NCBI GenBank assembly: GCA_964548275.1
Contig: CAZJQI010000004.1
Span: forward strand, 13,149-77,148
Direction: 5' to 3'
DNA length: 64,000 nt
From: an uncultured Gemmatimonadales bacterium
GTDB taxonomy: Bacteria > Gemmatimonadota > Glassbacteria > GWA2-58-10
A model generated the notes under the pieces. It had not been told where the DNA came from and searched no databases. It worked only from the letters and a program-made list of their open reading frames with translations. The translations under genes and the position numbers were made by a program. Of this stretch, positions 32,438 to 41,556 are shown in pieces (positions within the stretch are counted from its first letter, which is position 1; each line of letters starts with the position of its first letter).

Positions 32438-33646
32438 GTGAACAGGACAGAAAAAATAATTCGCGATGAAGCGCGTTACATACTGGGTACTTACAGCCGG
32501 CCCGAATTTGTAATCGAACAGGGAAAAGGCTGCTACCTTTATGACACCAACGGCAAACGTTACCTGGACATGGTCAGCGGCATCGCGGTGAACGCTCTGG
32601 GCTATGGGAATAAGCAATTTAGCCGGGTGATTGCCACCCAGGCTGAAAAGCTTGTCCACTGTTCCAACCTTTACTATACCGCTCCTCAGGTGGAACTTGC
32701 CGAACTGCTGGTGAAAAATTCGTTTGCAGGTAAAGTGTTTTTCTGCAACAGCGGAGCCGAGGCAATCGAGGGCGCAATGAAACTGGCGCGCCGGTGGGCG
32801 CATAAAAATCCGGGTCGTGACCGCTCGGGATTTGTTTCCTTTACCGGCTCTTTCCACGGCAGAACTTTCGGCGCCCTGGCGCTGACAGACCGCGAGAAAT
32901 ACCGCATGCCGTTCGAGCCGCTGGTACCTGGAGTAAAGTTCGCTCGTTTCGGTGATGCTGAAGATGCGGAGTCTAAAATCGGGGTGGATACCTGCGCGGT
33001 GATTGTCGAGCCGGTACAGGGAGAGGGTGGAGTGAACCTGGCGACCCGGGATTTTCTCATGAATCTGGCCGAGGTCTGCAAGCGCCGCAATGTCCTTCTC
33101 ATATTCGATGAAATCCAGTGCGGCCTGGGCCGCACCGGAAAGCTTTTTGCCTACGAGCATTTTGGCGTGAAACCGGATATCCTCACTCTGGCCAAACCCT
33201 TGGCCGGGGGCTTTCCCATGGGCGCGGTGCTTGCCTCCGAGCGGCTTAGTGAAGCGATCGAGCGCGGAGACCACGCCACGACTTTCGGCGGCGGGCTGGT
33301 AATCAGTGTGGCGGCAATCGAGGTTTTCAAAAGGCTCAAACGGCCCTCCTTCCTGATATCGGTATCAGAAAAGGGCCGGTATCTGATAAAAAAACTTCAA
33401 TCCCTGGAAAAAGCCAATTCGGACTTGGTTCAGGAGGTGAGAGGCTTGGGGTTATTGGTCGGGGTGGAGCTAAAAATAAACGCCGAGAAACTCTTACCCC
33501 TGTTCTATGAACGCGGCGTTCTGGTCTGCACAGCCAGTGAAAAAGTAATCCGCGCCGTTCCTCCGTTGATTATCGCGCAGCGCCAGATTGACACGTTTGT
33601 CGATATATTCGCGGATATTCTAAACGAAGTGCGAAAGAAAAAATAG
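32438..33646 (+). CDS. argD: Acetylornithine aminotransferase (class III PLP aminotransferase)
   Basis: Aminotran_3 family (DEIQCGLGRTGKLFA). It is adjacent to argJ. Confidence 0.8.
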   Translation: MNRTEKIIRDEARYILGTYSRPEFVIEQGKGCYLYDTNGKRYLDMVSGIAVNALGYGNKQFSRVIATQAEKLVHCSNLYYTAPQVELAELLVKNSFAGKVFFCNSGAEAIEGAMKLARRWAHKNPGRDRSGFVSFTGSFHGRTFGALALTDREKYRMPFEPLVPGVKFARFGDAEDAESKIGVDTCAVIVEPVQGEGGVNLATRDFLMNLAEVCKRRNVLLIFDEIQCGLGRTGKLFAYEHFGVKPDILTLAKPLAGGFPMGAVLASERLSEAIERGDHATTFGGGLVISVAAIEVFKRLKRPSFLISVSEKGRYLIKKLQSLEKANSDLVQEVRGLGLLVGVELKINAEKLLPLFYERGVLVCTASEKVIRAVPPLIIAQRQIDTFVDIFADILNEVRKKK

Positions 33647-33720
33647 GCTTTAATTGCCGCTCGAGCTTTTCTGTCTTTAAGAGGCTTCATCTGTCCAGAG
33701 ATCCACATTCGCAAAGAAAA

Positions 33721-34935
33721 ATGAAGATAATTGAAACAGGCTCTGTTGATTCGGTACCGGGTTTTCGCGCTCTCGGTGTAAGCTGCGGGATCAAGCAAAG
33801 CGGTGAGCCGGACCTGGGAGTTTTGCTTTGTGAACGTCCCTGTAACGCAGCAGGTGTGTTTACCACCAACCGAGTGCAGGCTGCCCCGGTACTGGTCAGT
33901 AAAAAAATCCTGGAGCGCAGCTCCGGCCACATCCAAGGCGTTGTAGTCAACAGCGGTAACGCCAACGCCTGTACAGGCAAGCAGGGAATTCGCGACGCAG
34001 GCGGAATGGCTGCTGAAGCCGAGCGGATATTCGGACTCGAGGAGTCAACGATGCTTGTCATGTCCACCGGGCTGATCGGCAAACCGCTGCTCATGGACAG
34101 GATCAAAGCCGGGCTTCTCAAGGTTAGAGAGGGGTTCAATGCGCAGAAAGGCGGCTCGTTCGCCAGGGCGCTGATGACTACAGATACGAAAGAAAAATTT
34201 CTGGCAGTAAGATTCGATATCCAGGGAGTGCCGGTCACAATCGGTGCAGCGGCCAAGGGTTCGGGTATGATTCACCCGAACATGGCGACCATGCTCGCTT
34301 TATTTACTACGGATGCCGCGGTGAGCCCCGCTTGCCTGAATCTTGCACTCAGGCGGGTTACCGAACGCACGTTCAACATGATCAGTGTCGATGGAGACTG
34401 CAGTCCCAACGACATCGTATTTATCCTGGCATCCGCAGCCTGTGGCGCTCCCTTGATTGAGAACGAGGAAAGCCCGGGTTACAAGCCCTTTTACTCCGCT
34501 CTGCTCGCTGCTGCTACCGAACTCGCCCGGGCGATTGTTGCCGACGGCGAAGGCGCGACCAAGCTCGTGGAGATCAGGGTCAAAGGAGCCGATTCGTTCA
34601 ACTCGGCCTCAAAGGTGGCAAGAGCGGTGGCCAATTCGCCACTGGTCAAAACCGCTCTTTTCGGTGGGGATCCAAACTGGGGAAGGATAGTCTGCGCGAT
34701 TGGATACAGCGGGGTCCCGGTCGATCCGGATAAAATCGATATCTTTTTCGGAGACATTCAGGCGGTAAAGCAAGGCGCTCCTTCAGGAGTCTCAGATGAA
34801 GAGTGTGCTTCCAGACTGAAAGAGAGAGAAATAGTTCTGACAATCGGTCTCAATCAGGGGGGCTGCGAGTGCAGTTTCTGGACCTGCGATTTTTCATACG
34901 ACTATGTGCGAATCAATGCCGAATACCACACCTGA
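33721..34935 (+). CDS. argJ: Bifunctional glutamate N-acetyltransferase/amino-acid acetyltransferase ArgJ
   Basis: ArgJ family with the autoproteolysis site ATML (ATMLALFTTDA). Confidence 0.9.
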   Translation: MKIIETGSVDSVPGFRALGVSCGIKQSGEPDLGVLLCERPCNAAGVFTTNRVQAAPVLVSKKILERSSGHIQGVVVNSGNANACTGKQGIRDAGGMAAEAERIFGLEESTMLVMSTGLIGKPLLMDRIKAGLLKVREGFNAQKGGSFARALMTTDTKEKFLAVRFDIQGVPVTIGAAAKGSGMIHPNMATMLALFTTDAAVSPACLNLALRRVTERTFNMISVDGDCSPNDIVFILASAACGAPLIENEESPGYKPFYSALLAAATELARAIVADGEGATKLVEIRVKGADSFNSASKVARAVANSPLVKTALFGGDPNWGRIVCAIGYSGVPVDPDKIDIFFGDIQAVKQGAPSGVSDEECASRLKEREIVLTIGLNQGGCECSFWTCDFSYDYVRINAEYHT

Positions 34936-35078
34936 GACTTGGCGCGTCTGGGGGAATGGAACCCTTTCCACTTTTAAAAGCTTGCAAAAAAATTGATCGA
35001 TACAAATCGATCTTCTAAGTATATGAATTCATAAATAGTGTAGCGTATATTTCTAAACCAATCCACAAATTTAGAACA

Positions 35079-35150
35079 GGGCGAGGTATGCCTTGCCATG
35101 TTCGGGCGACCGGCCGGTCGCCCGGCCGGTCGCCCGGCCGGTCGCCCGAA
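35079..35150. repeat. Composite GC-rich palindromic (REP-like) element
   Basis: It begins with the hairpin core gggcgagg-tatg-ccttgcc, also found at 17964. A 20 bp perfect palindrome gggcgaccggccggtcgccc follows, then three tandem copies of the 12-mer ggccggtcgccc. The outer inverted repeat ttcgggcgacc/ggtcgcccgaa encloses the whole element. Confidence 0.6.
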
Positions 35151-35240
35151 CGGGCTCGTTCAGCGTTTCTGGAAAAAATACGTAACCGAACTTTCGAACT
35201 ATGGCACTAAGTGTCTTCCATTTTTCAGGAGATCTTATCA

Positions 35241-36314
35241 ATGGCCGCACACCGCAAATTGTTTATCCCCGGCCCGACCGAGGTAGCCCCGGAGGTACTG
35301 GCTGAACTCAGCCGGCCGATGATCGGGCACCGCTTTCCGGAGTGTTCCGAGCTGATTGCCTCGATCGTGCCGAAAGTCCAGGAAATGCTCTACACCGAGA
35401 ACATGATTTTCCTTGCTACCTGCAGCGGTACGGGCCTGATGGAGGCCGCTGTGCGCAACTGCGTGCGCGAATCCTGTGTCTCTTTTATCAACGGAGCTTT
35501 CAGCAAACGTTTCTACCAGATCGCCACCTCCAACGGCAAAAAGGCCATTCCGGTGGAGATTCCCCTGGGACACGGTTTCAACGCTGATCTTGTCGATGAG
35601 GCATTGAGCCAGCACAAGGTGGACGCCGTGACCCTGGTGCACAACGAGACTTCCAACGCTGCGATGAGCGATATTTACGGTATCGCCGAGCTGATGAAAG
35701 AAAAATATCCTGATATCAGCCTGCTGGTGGATATGGTTAGCTCGATGGGTGGTGTGAAACTCGAAATAGACAGGCTGGGAGTTGATGTGGCTCTGGCAAG
35801 CGGCCAGAAAGCCCTGGCCCTGCCGCCGGGGATCGCGGTTGCGGCAATCAGCCAGAAAGCGATGGAAAAAGCCGGCACTGTGGAAAACCGCGGCTTTTAT
35901 TTCGACTTTTTCAATTTCCAGAAAAATTACGCCAAGAACCAGACTCATATCACACCCTCGATTCCGCACCTCTACGCGATGAAAAAGCAGATGGAAATCA
36001 TTATCGAGGAAGGACTGGAAAACCGCTGGAGGCGCCATCTCGAAATGGCCGAAAGGGTTCGCGCCTGGGCCGGGGAGCATTTCAGGATTTTCACTCAGGA
36101 AGGATACCACTCGAACACGCTGACCTGCGTGGAGAATACCCGGGGCATTAATATCTCCGATTTGAACAAGAAACTCGCCGAACGCAACATGGTTATCTCC
36201 AACGGCTACGGCGAGCTCAAAAACAAGACTTTCCGTATTGCTCACATGGGAGAACTGACCATGAGCGATATTGACGAGGTTCTCGGCGCGATCGATGAGA
36301 TCCTGAGTTTTTAG
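35241..36314 (+). CDS. Class V aminotransferase (serine-pyruvate/alanine-glyoxylate/SerC-like)
   Basis: Start at MAAHRKLFIPGPTEV after an aggag RBS. Aminotran_5 fold. Substrate specificity cannot be read from the sequence. Confidence 0.8.
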   Translation: MAAHRKLFIPGPTEVAPEVLAELSRPMIGHRFPECSELIASIVPKVQEMLYTENMIFLATCSGTGLMEAAVRNCVRESCVSFINGAFSKRFYQIATSNGKKAIPVEIPLGHGFNADLVDEALSQHKVDAVTLVHNETSNAAMSDIYGIAELMKEKYPDISLLVDMVSSMGGVKLEIDRLGVDVALASGQKALALPPGIAVAAISQKAMEKAGTVENRGFYFDFFNFQKNYAKNQTHITPSIPHLYAMKKQMEIIIEEGLENRWRRHLEMAERVRAWAGEHFRIFTQEGYHSNTLTCVENTRGINISDLNKKLAERNMVISNGYGELKNKTFRIAHMGELTMSDIDEVLGAIDEILSF

Positions 36315-36322
36315 CTTGGGCA

Positions 36323-36342
36323 GGGCACGGCGCGCCGTGCCC
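36323..36342. repeat. 20 bp perfect GC-rich palindrome gggcacggcgcgccgtgccc immediately after the aminotransferase stop
   Basis: It is its own reverse complement and has no T-run. It is REP-like or a terminator-like hairpin. Confidence 0.55.
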
Positions 36343-36463
36343 TTACACAAGTGATCGTTTCTTGAACAGTTTCAATTCAACCCGGACATTGTTTCGTTTT
36401 CTACAAAAGGAAATCGATGAAATTTCAACACCCTTCTAAAGATTAAATTGATATCTGTCTGAA

Positions 36464-36485
36464 GGGGCGGCCGGCCGGTCGCCCC
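36464..36485. repeat. Near-palindrome ggggcggccggccggtcgcccc related to the 35104 element
   Basis: 21 of 22 positions are self-complementary. It shares the core ccggccggtcgccc with the 35104-35147 repeats. Confidence 0.5.
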
Positions 36486-36594
36486 TAAAGTGTTTTCATG
36501 CATATATCACAGCAGTCGAGAGATTTACAAATATTTTTGCAAAAAATCAATGTATGGTATAAAATAGATGGAATCTCCGAGGCAGGGATCACAA

Positions 36595-37410
36595 ATGATA
36601 AAAATCGAAAAGATCGGCTTTATCGGAGCCGGCAAGATGGGCTCTGCCCTTCTGGCAGGAGTCCTGAAGGCGAAAATAGTGTCGGCCGGAAAGGTCTTGA
36701 TTTCCGAGATCGACAAGGCCAGGCGCGAGGAGATCTGCAAGAAGCACAGAGTCAGGGCGGCCGACCTGGACGAGCTTGCCCGCTCGTGTGGAACAATCCT
36801 CCTCTGTGTCAAACCAAATGTCGTTGCGCCTGTTCTGAGAAAAATCCGCGAATTTGTGGGTGAAGAGAAGCTGGTAGTTTCGATTGCCGCAGGGATTACT
36901 ACCGCTAGTATCGAGACCGAACTTAAGCCAGGCGTTCCAGTAGTGCGGGCGATGCCTAATATTGCTGCAACTGTGGGTGAGTCCGCCACCGCACTGGCTG
37001 CCGGGAAAGTGGCGGGAGCAGAGCACATTGAGCTTGCCAGGAGCATTCTCGGCTCAGTCGGCAATGTGGTTGAGCTTCCAGAGAAACTTATCGATGCGGT
37101 GACAGGGCTATCCGGCAGCGGGCCGGCGTATGTTTTTCTCTTCGCCGAAGCCCTGCTGAGCGGAGCACTCAAGGTCGGCCTGCCGGGAAAAGAAGCCAGA
37201 GAGCTGGTGGTGATGACAATCAAGGGCGCGGCTGCAATGCTGGAGGCCGATAAGGGATCGCATCCGGCGGTTTTACGCGATGCAGTGACCACTCCCGGAG
37301 GGACGACTATTGCGGGTCTCCACGAGCTCGAGAGTAAGGGTTTCCGCGATGCGGTAATCAGAGCTGTCGAGGCTGCTACGGAGAGATCGCAGGAGCTTGG
37401 GAAAAGCTAG
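36595..37410 (+). CDS. proC: Pyrroline-5-carboxylate reductase
   Basis: Start at MIKIEKIGFIGAGKMG, a Rossmann GxGxxG motif. P5CR family with a dimerisation C-terminus. Confidence 0.9.
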   Translation: MIKIEKIGFIGAGKMGSALLAGVLKAKIVSAGKVLISEIDKARREEICKKHRVRAADLDELARSCGTILLCVKPNVVAPVLRKIREFVGEEKLVVSIAAGITTASIETELKPGVPVVRAMPNIAATVGESATALAAGKVAGAEHIELARSILGSVGNVVELPEKLIDAVTGLSGSGPAYVFLFAEALLSGALKVGLPGKEARELVVMTIKGAAAMLEADKGSHPAVLRDAVTTPGGTTIAGLHELESKGFRDAVIRAVEAATERSQELGKS

Positions 37411-37555
37411 CTCCGAAGGGGGGGTGGGGGGGGACAGGGGGATGTCTGGATGTGTTCGCCCTCGGGTGGAATAAGATCGATCAAAATTTTCATTGTGATA
37501 CTTCGCGGCTTGCCGAGGGGTAGTTCATTTGGAGAAGGGTTTTAAAGGAGGATAA

Positions 37556-38839
37556 ATGGCTGAAAAGCTCAGGGTGGGCCTTTTGGGCTATGGAACTATC
37601 GGTTCGGGAGTAATCAAGCTTCTCACTCAGTCGGGGCTTGATATCGAAAAGTACGTTCAACTTGTTAAAGTCGCAGATACCGATCTGGAACGCCCCAGGG
37701 AGGTAAAAGTGGATCCGGCACTGCTCAGTTCGGATACCGAGGCAGTGGTGCGGGATCCCGATATCGATGTAATAGTGGAGCTGATTGGGGGAGTAGAAGC
37801 AGCGAAAAAATTTGTCGAGATGGCCCTGGATGAAGGCAAAGATGTGGTGACCGCCAACAAGTACCTGATATCCCTTTACGGAGACGATTTGTTCGAGCGC
37901 GCGGCCAAGACCGGTGCCCGCCTTCTGTTTGAGGCGAGTGTCGCGGGCGGGGTGCCGATTATCCAGACTCTGAGAGAGGGGCTGGCTTCCGACCGGATCC
38001 TCTCGATTAACGCTATACTCAATGGAACCTGCAACTACATTCTTACCCGGATGGAACAGAAACCGGGTATGGATTACGAAGAGGCGGTTGCCGAGGCACA
38101 GGCCAGGGGATTTGCCGAGGCGGACCCCAGCCTGGATATCAGCGGCATGGACACCGCCCAGAAAATCTCGATTCTGATCCGCAAGGCTTTCAGGACACGC
38201 ATTCTTCCTGAGGAAATCGACATTCAGGGCATTATGGGTGTGAGTAATGTCGATGTCCAGTCAGCAATGGAGATGGGTTACCGGATCAAGCTTCTGGCCC
38301 GGGTAAGCCGTGAGGGAGATAACCTTGAGGTCTGGGTCGGACCGGCGCTGATTCCTGCTGAGTCGATCCTGGCCCGGGTGAAAAACGAGTTCAACGCCAT
38401 CTCGATCGACAGTGAGGCCCATCACTTGCAGACCTATATAGGTAAAGGCGCCGGGATGTTGCCCACTGCGGGTGCAGTTGTCGGTGATCTGTTTACTCTG
38501 CTTAGTCACCGCAATGTCCCCTCCATTTTCGCCGAAAAACGGCTTGACCTTCCGGCTCTCGACCGGAATGATATCAGGTGCCGCTACTACCTTCGCATTA
38601 TTGTCAGGGATCAGCCGGGGGTGCTGGCCAGGATAAGCAATGCGCTGGCCGAAAAAAATATCAGCATCGCCTCGGTCGTGCAGAGAGAGGACTCGCCGGA
38701 CCCGGAGCGCGGGGTTCCGCTGGTAATTATCACCCATGAGACGACAGTCGGCGCGATCGCCCAGGCAGTCCTGGTTATTAACCAGGAACAGGTTGTCCTG
38801 GAGCCGGCCCACACGATCCGGATCATGGATGCGCTCTGA
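37556..38839 (+). CDS. hom: Homoserine dehydrogenase with C-terminal ACT domain
   Basis: NAD_binding_3 domain (LGYGTIGSGV) plus Homoserine_dh plus ACT. Confidence 0.9.
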   Translation: MAEKLRVGLLGYGTIGSGVIKLLTQSGLDIEKYVQLVKVADTDLERPREVKVDPALLSSDTEAVVRDPDIDVIVELIGGVEAAKKFVEMALDEGKDVVTANKYLISLYGDDLFERAAKTGARLLFEASVAGGVPIIQTLREGLASDRILSINAILNGTCNYILTRMEQKPGMDYEEAVAEAQARGFAEADPSLDISGMDTAQKISILIRKAFRTRILPEEIDIQGIMGVSNVDVQSAMEMGYRIKLLARVSREGDNLEVWVGPALIPAESILARVKNEFNAISIDSEAHHLQTYIGKGAGMLPTAGAVVGDLFTLLSHRNVPSIFAEKRLDLPALDRNDIRCRYYLRIIVRDQPGVLARISNALAEKNISIASVVQREDSPDPERGVPLVIITHETTVGAIAQAVLVINQEQVVLEPAHTIRIMDAL

Positions 38840-38967
38840 GGGCTATGATCTTTTTAAAGTCAAGTGTTGCAGGCAGATCTGAATCGTGAAAATTACTCGA
38901 AATTGTTATTAGATGCGACCCATCGGCTCGGCTGGATAGAGTTTATTCAGTTATCGGAGGATGAAGG

Positions 38968-40287
38968 ATGGAAAACGAAGATAAGTACATAAAAAACATC
39001 GAACAGTATATCCGCAGCAGGGAACCTGCGAACCGGTCGGGTCTACTGCTGTGCGAAAGTGCCAAAAGGCTTGACATATCGATTTCCGACCTGCGACAAA
39101 TAGAAAAGCCCTATACCTTTATTTACCAGAGACTGCCGGTTGAAGTCGAGGGAGAAATCCTCAACTTCAGTTCAGGCATAGTCTTGCACAACAGAGCGCG
39201 GGGCCCATACAAGGGAGGCATCCGCATTGATCCGGACGTAGATATATGGGAAACCACAGAGCTGGCCCGCCTGATGACTATCAAAACCGCCCTGGCAAAC
39301 TTAGAGCTCGGCGGGGGTAAAACAGGAATCAAGGTCGATTTTGAAAAGATCTACAAGGGGCTTAAAGGAAAAAAGAACTTCGATCAGGATTTTTACCAGT
39401 TCTGCGACATGCTCAAAACCAATATCATGAAAGAATTTGTCGATCATTTCGTGGAGCGGGGGCTGGTGCGGATCTATATCCCGGCACCGGATATGGGCAG
39501 TTCCAGCCGTGAGATGATGTTTTTCTACAATCGCACTCACGACCCGGCCTCGGTTAGCGCCAAGCCGGATGGTATCGAGGGCTGGCTTCCGGGCAGGAAA
39601 GAAGCCACAGGCTTCGGTACAGCCTATGCAACTCTGAAATATCTGGATCAGATCGGGAAGGACCCCTCAAAAGTCACTGTCGCAATTCAGGGATTCGGCA
39701 ATGTGGGAAGTAATGCCGCCCATTACCTTTATAAGGCCGGCTGCAAGATAGTCGCTGTGACCGACCTGTACGGCGGAGTACACCATCGGTCCGGAATCGA
39801 TATCCCGGCATTGAAGGAGTATACGGAGGAAAACCGCACCGTGAAAGGTTTTGATGAAAAAAATGTTATCGATAACGAGGAACTGTTCAAGTTGCCGGTG
39901 GATATATTGATCCCAGCAGCAAGCGGCCACGTGATCAACCGTAAAAACTGCGATACCCTGGGGGTCAGGCTTGTGCTGGTCGAGGCTGCCAATATGCCGG
40001 TTTCCTACGAAGCTTTCGAACGGATCAGGGAAAAAGGAATCGAACTTCTGCCAGATAACTATGTCAACTCCGGAGGCGTTATCGCTTCTGACCTCGAATT
40101 CAGACAGGGTGTGGGTAGAGTACGCTACAACCGCGAGCAGGTGTTTGAACACTTGGAAAAAAGATTCGACGAAATGTTTGACGAAATGACAGAGAGGAAA
40201 GCTGCAGCAGGAAGTTTAACCCACGCCGCATACGATATTGCTGTGGAGCGTATTTATAACGCCATGAAAGCCAGAAGTCTTATTTAG
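38968..40287 (+). CDS. Glu/Leu/Phe/Val dehydrogenase family protein (glutamate dehydrogenase-like)
   Basis: ELFV_dehydrog N-terminal region (LELGGGKTGIKVD) and an NAD-binding Rossmann motif (GFGNVGSNAA). Confidence 0.7.
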   Translation: MENEDKYIKNIEQYIRSREPANRSGLLLCESAKRLDISISDLRQIEKPYTFIYQRLPVEVEGEILNFSSGIVLHNRARGPYKGGIRIDPDVDIWETTELARLMTIKTALANLELGGGKTGIKVDFEKIYKGLKGKKNFDQDFYQFCDMLKTNIMKEFVDHFVERGLVRIYIPAPDMGSSSREMMFFYNRTHDPASVSAKPDGIEGWLPGRKEATGFGTAYATLKYLDQIGKDPSKVTVAIQGFGNVGSNAAHYLYKAGCKIVAVTDLYGGVHHRSGIDIPALKEYTEENRTVKGFDEKNVIDNEELFKLPVDILIPAASGHVINRKNCDTLGVRLVLVEAANMPVSYEAFERIREKGIELLPDNYVNSGGVIASDLEFRQGVGRVRYNREQVFEHLEKRFDEMFDEMTERKAAAGSLTHAAYDIAVERIYNAMKARSLI

Positions 40288-40302
40288 TAATAAATCTACC
40301 TT

Positions 40303-40341
40303 AAAAAAAGCCCGCCTGAATTTCCCAGGCGGGCTTTTTTT
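40303..40341. terminator. Bidirectional rho-independent terminator
   Basis: A7, then stem gcccgcctg/caggcgggc, then T7. It sits between convergent genes. Confidence 0.8.
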
Positions 40342-40361
40342 ATCCAAAAGCAGGATTTCCG

Positions 40362-40772
40362 CTATTTCCCGCAGGTTTCCCGGATAAAACGTTCCAGTGC
40401 GGTTTCCATTTCTTCCTTTTTTAAATACGTCAAACCCACCAGAATCTCTCCCACCTTCATCCTCAGTTTTTCCTGGTTCTGAAGGAGCTTGCCGAGTTGA
40501 ACCTTATCTATCAGGTGTAAATGCTTGGCAGCCTCACCAAACTTTTCCCCGGATTCTTTCTGATATTCGAGGACATCAAAAATCTGGCCAATGGTGATAA
40601 TTTCCTGCATGTTTGCCAGTATACCCAGACGAAGGTTGATAGCATTCTGGATTGCAAGCGCATCGTCACGCTCTTCTGCGGATATCAACCTTTTTTCGAC
40701 CAGGAATTCGCCAAAACGCCGGATCCTGGCGGAAGTTTTTTCATCTGAAAAATCCTTATTTTCCTTGGACAT
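40362..40772 (-). CDS. Small protein with GspE/MshE N-terminal-like (T2SSE_N) repeats
   Basis: It has three repeats of the motif xGExLVExxLIxxEEL(D/E)xAL: FGEFLVEKRLISAEERDDALAIQ, FGEAAKHLHLIDKVQLGKLLQNQ and VGEILVGLTYLKKEEMETALERF. In MshE/PilB this domain binds c-di-GMP. Confidence 0.4.
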   Translation of the reverse strand: MSKENKDFSDEKTSARIRRFGEFLVEKRLISAEERDDALAIQNAINLRLGILANMQEIITIGQIFDVLEYQKESGEKFGEAAKHLHLIDKVQLGKLLQNQEKLRMKVGEILVGLTYLKKEEMETALERFIRETCGK

Positions 40773-40801
40773 CAGAAATTCCCTCCTAAGAATTACTTCG
40801 C

Positions 40802-41404
40802 TTAAGCCTTATCTTCGGGGCTCTTTTCCTTACCAGAGTTCTTTTCCTCAGTCGGGGGTTTTTCCTTGCTATCAGATTTTTTCTCTATATCAGCCTTTTG
40901 TTCGGTTTCGCCTTTTTTCTCGGCAGGAGTCTCTTGCTCAGCAGGAGCTTTTTCCTCGACTGGAGCTTCCGTCTGGGCTGCCGCCTTTTGCTCAGCAGGA
41001 GCCTGCTCTTTACTGACCACTTTCTCTTCAGCCGGTGTCTTTTCCTCAGTCGGGGTTTTTCCCTCGACTGGAGCTTCCGTCTGGGCTGCCGCCTTTTGCT
41101 CAGCAGGAGCCGGTTCCTTGCTAGCGGCTTTCTCTTCAACTGGAACCTGTTCCTCAACCGGAGCCTTCACCTCTTCTGCAACCCTGGTTTCGACCCGGAC
41201 TTTTTTCTTGCCTTTGGCGGCCGGGGCGGCAAGACGTTCCTCGTTCCTCACCAGAGAAACCAGTTTGCGTTGCACCCTTTTCAAACGCTTGTGAAACATG
41301 CGCAGCCTCGCCCTGTCAACTTCTTTTTCCTGAGCAAGCTGGGCTGTTTCTTCCTTGTATTTGGTAATTGTCTTTTCCAAAGTCTGCCTGGTTACCAAGT
41401 CCAC
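40802..41404 (-). CDS. Hypothetical protein with N-terminal coiled coil and Lys/Glu/Ala/Pro-rich repetitive tail
   Basis: The N-terminus is basic and helical. It carries a 36 aa tandem repeat (SKE[PQ]APAEQKAAAQTEAPVE...), encoded by a 108 bp DNA repeat. Confidence 0.5.
   Translation of the reverse strand: MDLVTRQTLEKTITKYKEETAQLAQEKEVDRARLRMFHKRLKRVQRKLVSLVRNEERLAAPAAKGKKKVRVETRVAEEVKAPVEEQVPVEEKAASKEPAPAEQKAAAQTEAPVEGKTPTEEKTPAEEKVVSKEQAPAEQKAAAQTEAPVEEKAPAEQETPAEKKGETEQKADIEKKSDSKEKPPTEEKNSGKEKSPEDKA
40950..41110. repeat. 108 bp-period tandem repeat inside the 40802-41404 coding sequence
   Basis: cctcgactggagcttccgtctgggctgccgccttttgctcagcaggagc occurs at about 40954 and again at about 41062. 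Confidence 0.6.
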
Positions 41405-41527
41405 CTCCTTAAGGGTCTATCCGTACACAGCGAATCATGTGTCTGGAATGTATATACAGATAGGCGGTTTTATCAAGCGAAATTTTCAACAGGCAGGAAT
41501 TTTGTTGCAAAAAAAACTGTTTTTCCC

Positions 41528-41556
41528 TTGACTTTCGCTTTTTTTTCGCTTATAGT
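41528..41556 (+). promoter_or_regulatory. Candidate sigma70 promoter (TTGACT-17-TATAGT) upstream of lexA
   Basis: ttgact at 41528-41533 and tatagt at 41551-41556. The spacer and surroundings repeat TTTTCGC four times. Confidence 0.45.

Noticed and set aside
35104-35147. Possibility of a CRISPR array at the 12-mer tandem repeats
   Set aside because: The units are 12 bp and directly adjacent with no spacers, and there are only three copies. This is a microsatellite or REP-like element, not CRISPR.
35098-35286. ORF 35098-35286 encoding GRPAGRPAGRPAGRP
   Set aside because: It is a translation artefact of the 12-mer GC-rich tandem repeat. It overlaps the real aminotransferase start.
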